Program-made: the position numbers and the translations under genes | The notes under the pieces: generated by a model | Seen by the model: only the letters and a program-made list of their open reading frames with translations | Told to the model about the DNA's origin: nothing | Database searches by the model: none | Source of the DNA: a virus | Reading direction: 5' to 3' (one strand) | Virus record (IMG/VR): IMGVR_UViG_3300031758_000004 | Location: 32,001-96,000 of that record | DNA: 64,000 bases | Shown: one piece after another, positions 18,403 through 28,458 of the stretch | Numbering within the stretch: position 1 is the first letter of the stretch | Layout: each line of letters starts with the position of its first letter

Positions 18403-20493
18403 ATGGCAATAGAAATTATAGATGGTTTTAAACTTAGTTCACCTAGACCAATAGATGATAGAATTGTAGCATCAGGATCAAATGCAAGAGATGCTATAGT
18501 ATATAAATATGAGGGCTTGAGAGTATTTGATACTAGTGAGGGAGTACCTTATGTTTGGGTAAATAATGGATGGAAGAAAGAAAATTCAACAGGTTTATCA
18601 GTTCCGACTACTATTATACCTACATTTACCGAAACAACTACATATAGACTGGGTCAGGTTTTAAAGGTTTTAAATTCTAATAACTTTCTTACTAATAGTA
18701 ATATGTTTGAGATTGAATACACAACACCAGCTGGTGTGATTACTGGTAAAACTATTGCTATAAATCATAACAATGCTAGCTCTGTTACATCTACTGCTAA
18801 GTTGGATGTATCTGGTACTATTAAAGCTACTTCATTTTCTGGAAATGGTGCTAATATTACAAATATAGTTCCTAGTAATTTTGATACATCCTCTTCTAAA
18901 ATTGTATTATCTCAAATTCAACCAGGAACTGCTGATTATATATTAAGAACAAATTCGGCTGGTAGTGCTCTTGAGTGGGTTGCTTCATCAGCTTTGTCTA
19001 GTGGTATTAGTATTAGCTCGGTTTCTACGAGTGGTGGTAGTTCAAATAACATACACTATCTTACTTCAGTACCCGATAATCAACCATCACAAAGTTCTTT
19101 ACTTATTTATAACCAAAGTGCTACACAAAGGATTGGTATTATACCATCAACTGGTCAAATATTGGTTAAATCAACATCATCACCTTCATCTCCACCTTAT
19201 TCATTTATTAATAATTTATCAAGTGGTATTTACTTATCTTCTACAAACCAAGTATCTATTTCAACATCAGGAAATCAAAGATTGGAGGTTGATTCTTCTT
19301 ATGTTAGAGTTCCATCCGGAAGTAGTAAATCTTCTTTAGGTTTAAGATTTGGTGGTACTGGTACAACATTTAATATATCTAATTATGGATTATATCAAGC
19401 TAGTACTTATATCAGTACAGTTGTTAATAGTGATGAGGTTCTTAGAGTTTTTACTAGTGGTTCATCACAAGGTTCTGGTTCTGTTAGAATTTATGGAAAT
19501 GGGGGTCTTTTAAGTTTGTTTGGTAGATCACAAGGAGGTTCTGATACTACTGCTGGTGGTACTTATATACAATTTTATAGAACTGGTGGATTAGACACAA
19601 CATTAACTCCAACTAGATCAGCTTATTTAGGATTTGGAAATTCTAACAATAGTACTTTTAACATCTATAATGAAATAACAAACAACTACATTCAACTTTC
19701 GAGTCTTGGCCAAACTCTAATATATTCTAATATCTCTAATGGGTATGGAACTCAAATAAAAAATAATGGAACATCACTTGCTTATGGCGTTTTAATAACT
19801 GCTAGATTTACAACATCTGAACTTTCTAGTAGTCGAACAATCACCAGATTTGATGTGGAAGATGGTTCAAATACTTATACAGCTGCTTATGTGAATTCTC
19901 AGGGTGTTCAATTGTGGGGATATACTGGAGTAGCACAGACACCAACCGTGTCTGGTACTATTACAAAACCATCACTGTGTTTTAATAATAGTACTTCAAC
20001 TGGTCTTTATTCAAGTGATCCGGGTGTGATTGGTTTTACCTCTCTTGGTGTTAAAAAAATGGAGATAAATAATCAAGGTGTGATGATTGGTAGAGTTAAT
20101 AATATCGTCAGTAATCATACATCCGGGTATATTGTATTTGTTAGAAATTCGAGTGGTGGTGGATTTGGTTACTATGGTACTCAAAAAGGTGGAGTGATTG
20201 CTGTAACTGATGTATCTGGAATCGGTAGTAGTTTTTCAACCACATCTGGTTGGATAACAGTTCGCATAACCTTCGCTTCTGGTACATTTACGGGTGGTCC
20301 TGATGATAACGTTGTTGTTTCCAATTTTGGTTTACAAGATACACATCCTAATATACTCTATTATTGTCAACATATATCGGGTAAAGTTATTGATTCCAGT
20401 ACTCTTGAAATAAGAATGCAATTTCAACCTTTGGCATCAGGTGGGTACACAATAAGGCTATGTTTTATGGTTGAATCGGTAGTCAATCCGTAG
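18403..20493 (+). CDS. Putative tail fibre protein
   Basis: N-terminal IIDGFKLSS..PID.R...YEGL.V head-binding-like segment. Repeated P.YSF...SSGIY / PSL.F...TGLYS fibre motifs. Confidence 0.65.
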   Translation: MAIEIIDGFKLSSPRPIDDRIVASGSNARDAIVYKYEGLRVFDTSEGVPYVWVNNGWKKENSTGLSVPTTIIPTFTETTTYRLGQVLKVLNSNNFLTNSNMFEIEYTTPAGVITGKTIAINHNNASSVTSTAKLDVSGTIKATSFSGNGANITNIVPSNFDTSSSKIVLSQIQPGTADYILRTNSAGSALEWVASSALSSGISISSVSTSGGSSNNIHYLTSVPDNQPSQSSLLIYNQSATQRIGIIPSTGQILVKSTSSPSSPPYSFINNLSSGIYLSSTNQVSISTSGNQRLEVDSSYVRVPSGSSKSSLGLRFGGTGTTFNISNYGLYQASTYISTVVNSDEVLRVFTSGSSQGSGSVRIYGNGGLLSLFGRSQGGSDTTAGGTYIQFYRTGGLDTTLTPTRSAYLGFGNSNNSTFNIYNEITNNYIQLSSLGQTLIYSNISNGYGTQIKNNGTSLAYGVLITARFTTSELSSSRTITRFDVEDGSNTYTAAYVNSQGVQLWGYTGVAQTPTVSGTITKPSLCFNNSTSTGLYSSDPGVIGFTSLGVKKMEINNQGVMIGRVNNIVSNHTSGYIVFVRNSSGGGFGYYGTQKGGVIAVTDVSGIGSSFSTTSGWITVRITFASGTFTGGPDDNVVVSNFGLQDTHPNILYYCQHISGKVIDSSTLEIRMQFQPLASGGYTIRLCFMVESVVNP

Positions 20494-20514
20494 GTAATCT
20501 AATTGAACTACTAT

Positions 20515-21213
20515 TTAAACTTCCCTTTCGAACCACCAATTGAAGTAAATATAATTATCACCTACAAGGTTGTAAGTTTCATCACCATGTCTTACTATGA
20601 TTTTATCAGGGTGTGATCTTACAACCTCTATTTCTAAACCTTTATCCATGATTAGTTGTTTTCCAGTTTCAATTGAATAACAAATAATTTCATCATTTAT
20701 AAGTTTATATGTTCCTGGTTCTGGTTTTAACCACTCTTTGATAGTTTTAATTATCAATCCCTTTATTTTAATAACCCATTCTTTTGCTTGGTATAAATCA
20801 TAGTCTTTAAAAACTTCTGATTCTAGTTCAGCATTTGGACTAAAAATATTTTCAATAACCCCCCAATATTCTTTTTCACCAATTATAAAAGTTAAATAAA
20901 CATTATAATAAATATTATGAGATTTTAAAATTCTAAGTATTTTCATACTTTTTATATCTTGATCTTCAAGTGCTAATTTACCTCTTAGTTGAGCATAAGC
21001 ATTTGAACCTGATAATTTAAACATAATATCATTTATTCTAGCCATTGCTTGTCTAATAGCATCTTGGTTTTTATCAAACGCATTTAAAGATAATTTTGGA
21101 TCATCAACACCTGATATAGACCCAGCTGATGTCTCAGCACCAAATCTTTGAAGATTGAATTCGGTAAAACTTTCATTAAATTTTTCAAATTTTTTTATTA
21201 TTCTATTAGACAT
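20515..21213 (-). CDS. Hypothetical protein with capsid-targeting-like N-terminus
   Basis: 232 aa, starts MSNRIIKKFEKFNES. Confidence 0.6.
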   Translation of the reverse strand: MSNRIIKKFEKFNESFTEFNLQRFGAETSAGSISGVDDPKLSLNAFDKNQDAIRQAMARINDIMFKLSGSNAYAQLRGKLALEDQDIKSMKILRILKSHNIYYNVYLTFIIGEKEYWGVIENIFSPNAELESEVFKDYDLYQAKEWVIKIKGLIIKTIKEWLKPEPGTYKLINDEIICYSIETGKQLIMDKGLEIEVVRSHPDKIIVRHGDETYNLVGDNYIYFNWWFEREV

Positions 21214-22102
21214 TATCTTCTATTTTATTTTTTATATCATCTTTATAAGATATTCTTATTAGTTTGATATTATTAGAATTACAATAATTTGATTTTATCA
21301 AATCTCTTCTCTTTTGTATTTTAAAACTTTCTTGACCACCATAAAAATCAATAGGTTTGAAGTGTTGTTCACCATCGTATTCTATACAAATATTTAATTT
21401 AGGTAAATAAAAATCGAATCTTAATTCTTTTTTATAAAAACATTCTTTAAATGAGTGTTGACTTATATATTCTATATTATTAAATTCTAATATTCTTCTA
21501 ATCTCTCTTTCTCCTTTAGATTCTTGACATTTTGGACAACCAACTCCACTTAAATGTGAATGTGGCATTTGTTTGAATTTTCCATGTTTCAAACATATTA
21601 TATCAACTTTCTTATTCATGTTGATATACTCAACTAATTTATAGTCATATTTTTTCAAATGTATATTATTTGACCTTTCTATAAAAGTTTCAGTTGTTAT
21701 TTTTTTACATTTTGGACAATCTTGTCCTTTTAGATGATTATTAGGTGTTTGTTCAAATTCACCATGTTTTCTACATATTATTTTAACCTTTATCTTACTA
21801 CCTTTATAATCCACTTTTGAATAATCATACTTATCACCATTTAATAAGATAAAGTCATTAATTATATCTTTATTATTCTTTTTATTAAAATGTTTATCTG
21901 AGCATTCCGGACAATCTTGACCTCTTAAATGATTATTAGGTGTTTGTTCAAAAATACCATGAAATTTACATATTATTTTAACTTTAACTTTGTTATTAAC
22001 ATAAGATACTAATGAATAATCATACTCATCACCTCTTTTTGTGATACAATCTTCAATAAATGATTTAGTATTTTTCTTTTTAGTATTTCTTTGAATTGAC
22101 AT
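21206..22102 (-). mobile_element. Free-standing homing endonuclease (repeated YDYS/CxxHG..CPxC modules plus DUF559-like nuclease)
   Basis: Three F...G..YDY..V.Y...KV.IIC..HG.F.Q.P..HL.G..CP.C repeats, then LRFDFYLP..NICIEYDGEQH. Confidence 0.85.
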
Positions 22103-22103
22103 A

Positions 22104-22119
22104 TTTAATATATATTAAA
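22104..22119. promoter_or_regulatory. Palindromic bidirectional phage promoter
   Basis: Perfect 16-bp palindrome TTTAATATATATTAAA between divergent genes. It gives TTAATATATA on both strands. Confidence 0.6.
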
Positions 22120-22136
22120 ATTTAATTATTGAAAAT

Positions 22137-22454
22137 ATGAGAATTAAGAGATTTTTTGAAAATGAACAAGTTGAACTATCTAACGAAAGAGTAGATGAGA
22201 TTATCAATGAAGTTGAAGACTTTTTAGATGTTTTAAATGAAAAAAATAAATATTTAGAGTCATTAATAATTGAATTAAATAACTATAAAAATCTATCAGA
22301 TAAAGGAAATGATCAAATAGATGATTCTATAGCTTCTTTAGAGCTCGTTAAAAAAGATTTAGATAATACATTTGATAAGCTAGACACAACTTTAAGTAAC
22401 TTAAATTCATATAAAGATGAAGGTAGAAAATACCTTTATATAGAAAAGAAATAA
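22137..22454 (+). CDS. Small coiled-coil protein with capsid-targeting-like N-terminus
   Basis: MRIKRFFENE followed by a heptad-rich helix. Confidence 0.65.
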   Translation: MRIKRFFENEQVELSNERVDEIINEVEDFLDVLNEKNKYLESLIIELNNYKNLSDKGNDQIDDSIASLELVKKDLDNTFDKLDTTLSNLNSYKDEGRKYLYIEKK

Positions 22455-22457
22455 ATT

Positions 22458-22616
22458 ATGTTTGTAGCTCCCGATCCTAATACAATTGTACTTGGTGGTC
22501 CTGGTTCCAGGTTAAATCCATATAGTCATTGGTTCCAACCATTTCAAATCACTCGTCATAAAATGAGAAAGAAAAAAATTGAAAAAATATATGGAATTAG
22601 TAGGAAAGAAAAGTAA
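22458..22616 (+). CDS. Small ORF (52 aa), not in the ORF track
   Basis: ATG 3 nt after the previous stop. MFVAPDPNTIVLGG...KMRKKKIEKIYGISRKEK*. Fills the intergenic gap. Confidence 0.55.
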   Translation: MFVAPDPNTIVLGGPGSRLNPYSHWFQPFQITRHKMRKKKIEKIYGISRKEK

Positions 22617-22848
22617 TTTAGAACCTGGTTATGTTTTTGCTCCGTATATAATACAAACATCTAATCCTATAATTGATGGTAGTTTAAAACAGAATATTAG
22701 AAGGGTGAAAATAAATAAAGTTTATAACCTTAATAGAGAAATAAAAGATAGTCAATTTTCACCAAAAATGGCAGTTAAATCAAGATATTCTGTTACAAGT
22801 GTAAATAGTAATTATTTTGGAAAGATTGAAATAAAAAACCCACTTTAA
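22591..22848 (+). CDS. Miniature homologue of the T4 gp23-type major capsid protein C-terminus
   Basis: EPGYVFAPYI and FSPKMAVKSRY...YFGKIEI match my recollection of gp23-family C-terminal motifs. Probable ATG start at 22591. Confidence 0.6.
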   Translation: MELVGKKSNLEPGYVFAPYIIQTSNPIIDGSLKQNIRRVKINKVYNLNREIKDSQFSPKMAVKSRYSVTSVNSNYFGKIEIKNPL

Positions 22849-22858
22849 AAGTGGGTTT
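22836..22858. terminator. Bidirectional intrinsic terminator
   Basis: AAACCCACTT-TAA-AAGTGGGTTT between convergent genes. Confidence 0.75.
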
Positions 22859-22864
22859 AATTAT

Positions 22865-23227
22865 CTATATAAAGTAATATAAGACTAATTTAACAAAATT
22901 TCTATCATCTCTTAAAAGTCTATTAATGTCGATAGAGATTTTTTCTGGATGAAATCCTCTAACTTCGGTTGACTCGATATCTTCTAGATGTAAACCTTCA
23001 CCTAATGTTAAGTACTCATTAACTTCAGATATTACATCTTTAATATCAATAGAGTTAAAGACTCTAATTCCATCAGAGTTTTTTGTTATCTCAATAATAA
23101 GGTAGTTATCTTTGTTATCAACCTTTGTTTTGAAATCAAATTTTTCTAATTTATATAAAATTCTTTCTAAGTTAGACTTAACTGGATCTAATTCATAACT
23201 CTCATTAAACCTTCTCAAATATTTCAT
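22865..23227 (-). CDS. Hypothetical protein with capsid-targeting-like N-terminus
   Basis: 120 aa, starts MKYLRRFNES. Confidence 0.6.
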   Translation of the reverse strand: MKYLRRFNESYELDPVKSNLERILYKLEKFDFKTKVDNKDNYLIIEITKNSDGIRVFNSIDIKDVISEVNEYLTLGEGLHLEDIESTEVRGFHPEKISIDINRLLRDDRNFVKLVLYYFI

Positions 23228-23814
23228 TATTTAGTATATTTTAATTTGTAAAGTGTTTTATAAAGAAGAACTACAATATCATCAATAATACTATGTAAAT
23301 GAGTATCTTCCTCATTAATACATTTTCTCTCAACTTTAATAAAAGTAGCTAATTCATTGAAATATTCAATAGTATCTTTAGAAGCGGTTTCTTTTGTATC
23401 AATTACATCATATTCTTCAATAATACCATATTGACCTTGATATGCCTCTATCGTATCATCAATTAATTCCAAAACATCTTCATAATAATCACCAAGCGCT
23501 GTATGTTTAGCATGTGAACCCATATCACCTTTAACTTGTAAGTGATAAATATGTGCCATTTCTCTACTTTCAAATAATTTAGAGAAGAATTTACCCGGAT
23601 TTGAACCTTCGCCTAAGAATTGTTTTGGTTCTTCTTCACTTTGTGCCTGAGCTTGAGCCTGTGATTGTGCCTGAGATTGACTTTGAGCACCTTGACCTTG
23701 TAACATTTTTACAAGTTCATCTTTAGATAATTCATCATAATTTGTTGGAAGATTTGCGTCTTCGTTGAATTTTCTAAGTTTTGATTTCTTTTGTATATCA
23801 GAAAACCTTTTCAT
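23227..23814 (-). CDS. Ferritin-like four-helix protein (DUF5856-like) with Gln/Ala linker
   Basis: AHIYHLQ...SHAKHTALGDYYE....LID..IEAYQGQYG pattern and a QSQSQAQSQAQAQAQS linker. Confidence 0.6.
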   Translation of the reverse strand: MKRFSDIQKKSKLRKFNEDANLPTNYDELSKDELVKMLQGQGAQSQSQAQSQAQAQAQSEEEPKQFLGEGSNPGKFFSKLFESREMAHIYHLQVKGDMGSHAKHTALGDYYEDVLELIDDTIEAYQGQYGIIEEYDVIDTKETASKDTIEYFNELATFIKVERKCINEEDTHLHSIIDDIVVLLYKTLYKLKYTK

Positions 23815-23901
23815 AATAATATTTTAATTTTTAATTATATATTAAAAAGATAAAACTGAAAATTTCATTTTAATATATAACCTATAAAAATATTTTTTAC
23901 T

Positions 23902-24078
23902 ATGAAATACATCAATAAGTATATTAAAATGTTTGAAAACGAGGTTTTAGAAAGACCGGTTGTTAAAGAACAAACAAAAACAGCTACTGAAAAAGATGTT
24001 GTTGATAGATTAGAAAGAATCTATAAAGAACTTTCAAAAGAAGAAAAAAATGAAATCGATTCTTATTTCCAAAAATAA
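23902..24078 (+). CDS. Small ORF (58 aa) with capsid-targeting-like N-terminus, not in the ORF track
   Basis: MKYINKYIKMFENE...SYFQK*. TTAATATATA at 23870-23879. Confidence 0.7.
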   Translation: MKYINKYIKMFENEVLERPVVKEQTKTATEKDVVDRLERIYKELSKEEKNEIDSYFQK

Positions 24079-24086
24079 TTAAAATT

Positions 24087-27000
24087 ATGAAATTAAAATT
24101 AAAAGACTTTTCACAATTTTTTGAAGAAGCTGATATTAAAAAGAACATCGGTCTTCCGAAAGATTTTACATCAAGAGCTGAAGAAGAAGCAACTAAAAAT
24201 TTAGGTATTAATATAGATCAACCAACTCGAAGTAGATTGATGGAATATGCTGATAAAGCTGATCAACTAATGGGTAGATCTATTCCAAAAAATCAGATTG
24301 AAGAGAAATATACTCAATTGGAAAACTTAGCAAAAAAAGTTATTGAGACTGAATATAAAGCAGTATTTGAGTTTCTACCAATTGAATTAGATATTAGACT
24401 AATCAGACCAGGTGAATCTGTTATGGGTGAAATGCCTGAATTGGGAAAAAAACAAGAACAACCTGGTGTTAGACCTGATTATAAAGAAGAAGAATCTCAA
24501 TCCGATGAAGAACAATCTGATGAAACTCAGTCACAATCTCAATCACAAGAAGACGACGATTTCTTTAGTTTTTTTGGAGGTGATGACGAAGAACAAGAAT
24601 CTAATGAAGAGGAAGATTTAGAAAATATTATTGAGCCAGAAGTAACTAATAAAGATGTCGCTATGGCTGTTGATAAAACACAAATCTTAAATATGATTAC
24701 TCAAGGTGCTGGTAAAGCAACCAAAGATATAATCAAGTTTTCTGAATTAATTTCCTCTGAATTAAAAAACATTTTAGGTGATAATTCTGGTGAGATTTTA
24801 AAATTATGGGGTCTTATATCAGATGAAGCTGATAAAGGTGACTGGACAACTCCTATACACATTAAATCAAATCTATTTAAAGATAATCCAGGTGGAATTG
24901 CAGGGGCTGTTAGAGTTTTGTGGGAAAGTAAAAACATATCATATGAATTAGAATTATTAAAAGAAAATTCTAATTATAGTAAAATTGTTGTTAAAGCATT
25001 TGGAGTTGATTTTCCTATGTTGATACATGAGGCTGTAAAAGGTATCTATATGATTTTACAATCACCAGCTATTAAAAAGAATAAGGAATTAGCTGAGGAA
25101 ATTAAAATGGCTACTTCTTCTTATATGGACGAAGCTTCTGATTTTAGATATGGACCATTAGCTCAAAAGATGTTTAGAGATTTTATTTATCATTGTAAAG
25201 ACGCTGATAGATATCCAAATATGGTTGAGAGAGTTTTATACTTTTTAGCAATGGATATTGATAATAATGGTAAATTTACGGATGAACAATTTTTGGAAAT
25301 AACAAAGAGTTTATTTTCTTCTTTTAATAAAGTCGTTGAAGGTGGTAAAATAGAGTTTACTATTAATGAAGAAAGATTTGTTGAATCGATTGCTAGAACT
25401 AAAATCGAAGAATTGATTAAAGAAGAAGTTGATTTTGAAGAAGAAATGGAAAGAATGGAAAGAGAAAAAGATCTTAAATCTGCTCTTCCTTCCGAAAACG
25501 AGCCAAAACAACCAGAGACAACGGTTGATGATGAAGAGGATGAAATTGAAAAATTAAAAAGAGCTACAGCTCAAAGAGAACAAGATTATAGTAATATGTC
25601 ACCAAGAGAAATCCAAGAGTTAATTGATGATGCTTTAGATAGTGGTGATTATGAAAAAGTTAAGTTTCTTTCTCAATTCTTAAAAGAAGGTAAAGAAATC
25701 TATTTAAGAGAAATAGAGATGTTGAATGAAAGAATTAAAATCAGAGAGAAATCAAAATTGATTAAATCCGAATTTATCTTAAATGAGAATTTAGATAAGG
25801 CTAAAAAGTTTATGAAAGATACTTATATCTTAACAACTGCGGCTAATAAAATTGGTTTAGAAAACTTATTTGATCAATCAACTTCTGATAAAATGAAACT
25901 AGAGTTAGGAAGAGGTGAGAAGAAAATACTTACACCTAATGACTTTACTTTAGTTGATTCTGAGAAAAGAAAAGAGTTATCAGGTGTGATGAGAACTATT
26001 CCGGTAAATGATGATAAATTAAGAGAGTTAATTACAACCCCTGAATTTAAATCAATTCGTGAAATAAAAACAACGGTTGATGGTAAAGAATATCAGTTGG
26101 ATAGAGATAATATTGGTTGGTTATTTAATTTTGTTTATTTCTATTACGCTGAGAATATATCATTAGAAGATTTAACAAACTTATATCAACAATTAATTGA
26201 GAATAAAGATATTCTTAATTTATTAGATAAACCTTTTGATTTAAACTTTATTGATATTAAAATACCAAATAATAATGAGAAATTAATTGACTCATTGAAT
26301 AAATTACCTGCTCAAAGAGCTTACAAGAGATTAGAGTCTGACTTACCACCACACCTAAAAAGAGATTTAAAAGATTCTCCTAATTATATCAAGGATCAAT
26401 TCAGAGATTTAGCCTCTTCTTTTAGTGAATTAGATCCAGAATTATATAAAGGTTTCTGGGGTCAGATGATGATGGATGATAGAGAAGGTTCGAAAACATT
26501 TGGTAAGGTTGTTTTTAGAAGTCCTATATCAAGATTTAAGACAATTATTGAGTTAATACAAAATGCGAATGGTTATCTTAACTCTTGTGGTAATGGTTCA
26601 TTTGATGAATTCTATAAAAAATTACAAGCTTGTAATATGAAATGGGGAGCATCTGGAGCAAAAGAAGTTTTCTTTGAAAAAGGAATTTTAATTTTAGAAG
26701 TTGCTTCTTATGAGGCTAATAGAATGCTAAATGGTCATACAACACACTGTATTGTTACAAGCCGTGGACAATGGGATGGTTATGTAAATAGCACAAATGG
26801 ACGATTAACTTATGAAAATAAACAATATTATATTTATAACTTTAATTTACCATCAACAAATAATATGTGGACAATTGGTGTAACAATTCAACCAAATTCA
26901 AGAAACTATATTAGAGCAGCTCATAATAAAACAGATGGTAATGTTGCTTCAAGACTAGTTGATATATTAAGAGACTGGGGTAAAGAATACGATATTAATG

Positions 27001-27890
27001 CTGATGCTGAAAAGAAAGCTAAAGAATTAGGAGCATCTGATTCTGATATTTCTAGTTATGGTCCAGTATTCGCTTTAATGAGACCACTTTCAAGTGAGGA
27101 ATTAGAAAGAAGAAGAAAATCAAGAGAAGCTGAAATTGAAATTACTAAACCTGGTAAAACAATTAAAGACTTAGAGGAATATGTTAAGAAATGGGGAGCT
27201 AGTATCAACCACCTTGATTATTCAACTAAGAAATGTGCTCTTGATTGGGCTGTCCAAGAAGATGATTTAGAGAAAGCTAAGTATATACTTGAAATGGGTG
27301 CTGATCCAAATGTTAGACAAATTAATGTTAATGGTCAGATGGTTCCTGATAAGAAAACAGCAGTTATTAATGGTGCTAAATCATTAGATATGATTAAGTT
27401 ATTGATTTCACACCAATCAATTGTAACACCAGTAGTTTATGAAACTATCAGTGGTGATATAAATGCGGTTGAGTTCCTATTGGATAATAATGTTGATCCT
27501 AATTTTGAAAATTCACTACCGGTTAGAAGATCTTGTAGAGGTTCATTTGATGACGCTAATTACAAAAGAACTGGTGACAGAGGTGAGAGTTACTTAACAA
27601 CATTTGAATTACTTGTTAAGAGAAATGTTAAGCTAACAGATTCAAGAGGAAGAATGATGGTTCTTAAATGGGCTTCTGAATACGCGAGATTGGATATTTT
27701 AGAATATTGTGCTAATATGGGAATTGAGTTTGGATGGATTCAAGCTTATACTTGGGCATATAACTCAAGAAAATTAAATAATAATGATCTTAAAGAATTA
27801 GCAGACTTCATAATACCTTATATTGAGAAATATGAACCTGAACAATGGAAAGAAACTTCTAAAGATAAAAAATGGCATTTAAGTTTATGA
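24087..27890 (+). CDS. Large multidomain protein with C-terminal ankyrin repeats, probable internal virion protein
   Basis: 1267 aa, starts MKLKLKDFSQFFEE. Ankyrin-like ALDWAVQEDDLEKAKYILEMGADPN, AVEFLLDNNVDPN and LKWASEYARLDILEYC. Confidence 0.65.
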   Translation: MKLKLKDFSQFFEEADIKKNIGLPKDFTSRAEEEATKNLGINIDQPTRSRLMEYADKADQLMGRSIPKNQIEEKYTQLENLAKKVIETEYKAVFEFLPIELDIRLIRPGESVMGEMPELGKKQEQPGVRPDYKEEESQSDEEQSDETQSQSQSQEDDDFFSFFGGDDEEQESNEEEDLENIIEPEVTNKDVAMAVDKTQILNMITQGAGKATKDIIKFSELISSELKNILGDNSGEILKLWGLISDEADKGDWTTPIHIKSNLFKDNPGGIAGAVRVLWESKNISYELELLKENSNYSKIVVKAFGVDFPMLIHEAVKGIYMILQSPAIKKNKELAEEIKMATSSYMDEASDFRYGPLAQKMFRDFIYHCKDADRYPNMVERVLYFLAMDIDNNGKFTDEQFLEITKSLFSSFNKVVEGGKIEFTINEERFVESIARTKIEELIKEEVDFEEEMERMEREKDLKSALPSENEPKQPETTVDDEEDEIEKLKRATAQREQDYSNMSPREIQELIDDALDSGDYEKVKFLSQFLKEGKEIYLREIEMLNERIKIREKSKLIKSEFILNENLDKAKKFMKDTYILTTAANKIGLENLFDQSTSDKMKLELGRGEKKILTPNDFTLVDSEKRKELSGVMRTIPVNDDKLRELITTPEFKSIREIKTTVDGKEYQLDRDNIGWLFNFVYFYYAENISLEDLTNLYQQLIENKDILNLLDKPFDLNFIDIKIPNNNEKLIDSLNKLPAQRAYKRLESDLPPHLKRDLKDSPNYIKDQFRDLASSFSELDPELYKGFWGQMMMDDREGSKTFGKVVFRSPISRFKTIIELIQNANGYLNSCGNGSFDEFYKKLQACNMKWGASGAKEVFFEKGILILEVASYEANRMLNGHTTHCIVTSRGQWDGYVNSTNGRLTYENKQYYIYNFNLPSTNNMWTIGVTIQPNSRNYIRAAHNKTDGNVASRLVDILRDWGKEYDINADAEKKAKELGASDSDISSYGPVFALMRPLSSEELERRRKSREAEIEITKPGKTIKDLEEYVKKWGASINHLDYSTKKCALDWAVQEDDLEKAKYILEMGADPNVRQINVNGQMVPDKKTAVINGAKSLDMIKLLISHQSIVTPVVYETISGDINAVEFLLDNNVDPNFENSLPVRRSCRGSFDDANYKRTGDRGESYLTTFELLVKRNVKLTDSRGRMMVLKWASEYARLDILEYCANMGIEFGWIQAYTWAYNSRKLNNNDLKELADFIIPYIEKYEPEQWKETSKDKKWHLSL

Positions 27891-28396
27891 AACATTTAAA
27901 AGAATTTAATCAATGGTTTACATCATCATCAACTGGTGGTGATGTAAATCTTGAATATACAAGTAAAGATAAGATTTACTATAATAGTCACAAAGTTACC
28001 TTAACTCATAATGGTAGAAGTGTTGAAGTAACCGCAAAATTTGATACCGGTGCTAAGTCATCAAGTATTGATTTTGGTGTTGCTGAGAAATTGGGTATAT
28101 CAAAAGAGTTATTAGAAAAATGTAAAGAATTAGAAAAAATTGATAGTATACCACTTACTGTTGGTAAACTTGAGAAAAGTAAAATAGAGTTTTTCTATAC
28201 TAATAAACTTAAAAAAGAATTCCCAGGTGATATATCTTATGTTAAGATAGTTAAATCTTCATCAGGTGTTTCTATTAGAGCTTTTGTTCCAGTACAATTA
28301 AGTTATAATGGTAGAGTAATAAAAACTAATGTTAACCTAAGAAATAGAAAAGGTCTTACTTGTGAGATGTTGGTTGGATTAGACGATATGTTATAA
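27887..28396 (+). CDS. Retropepsin-like (RimK-associated type) aspartic protease
   Basis: AKFDTGAKSSSID active-site motif and MLVGLD at the C-terminus. ATGA overlap with the upstream stop supports a start at 27887 (MKHLKEFNQ). Confidence 0.75.
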   Translation: MKHLKEFNQWFTSSSTGGDVNLEYTSKDKIYYNSHKVTLTHNGRSVEVTAKFDTGAKSSSIDFGVAEKLGISKELLEKCKELEKIDSIPLTVGKLEKSKIEFFYTNKLKKEFPGDISYVKIVKSSSGVSIRAFVPVQLSYNGRVIKTNVNLRNRKGLTCEMLVGLDDML

Positions 28397-28458
28397 AAAA
28401 AGTCACTCAATTAGAGTATTTGAAAACATTTCCATTTTAGTAAACTAATATATAGTTT

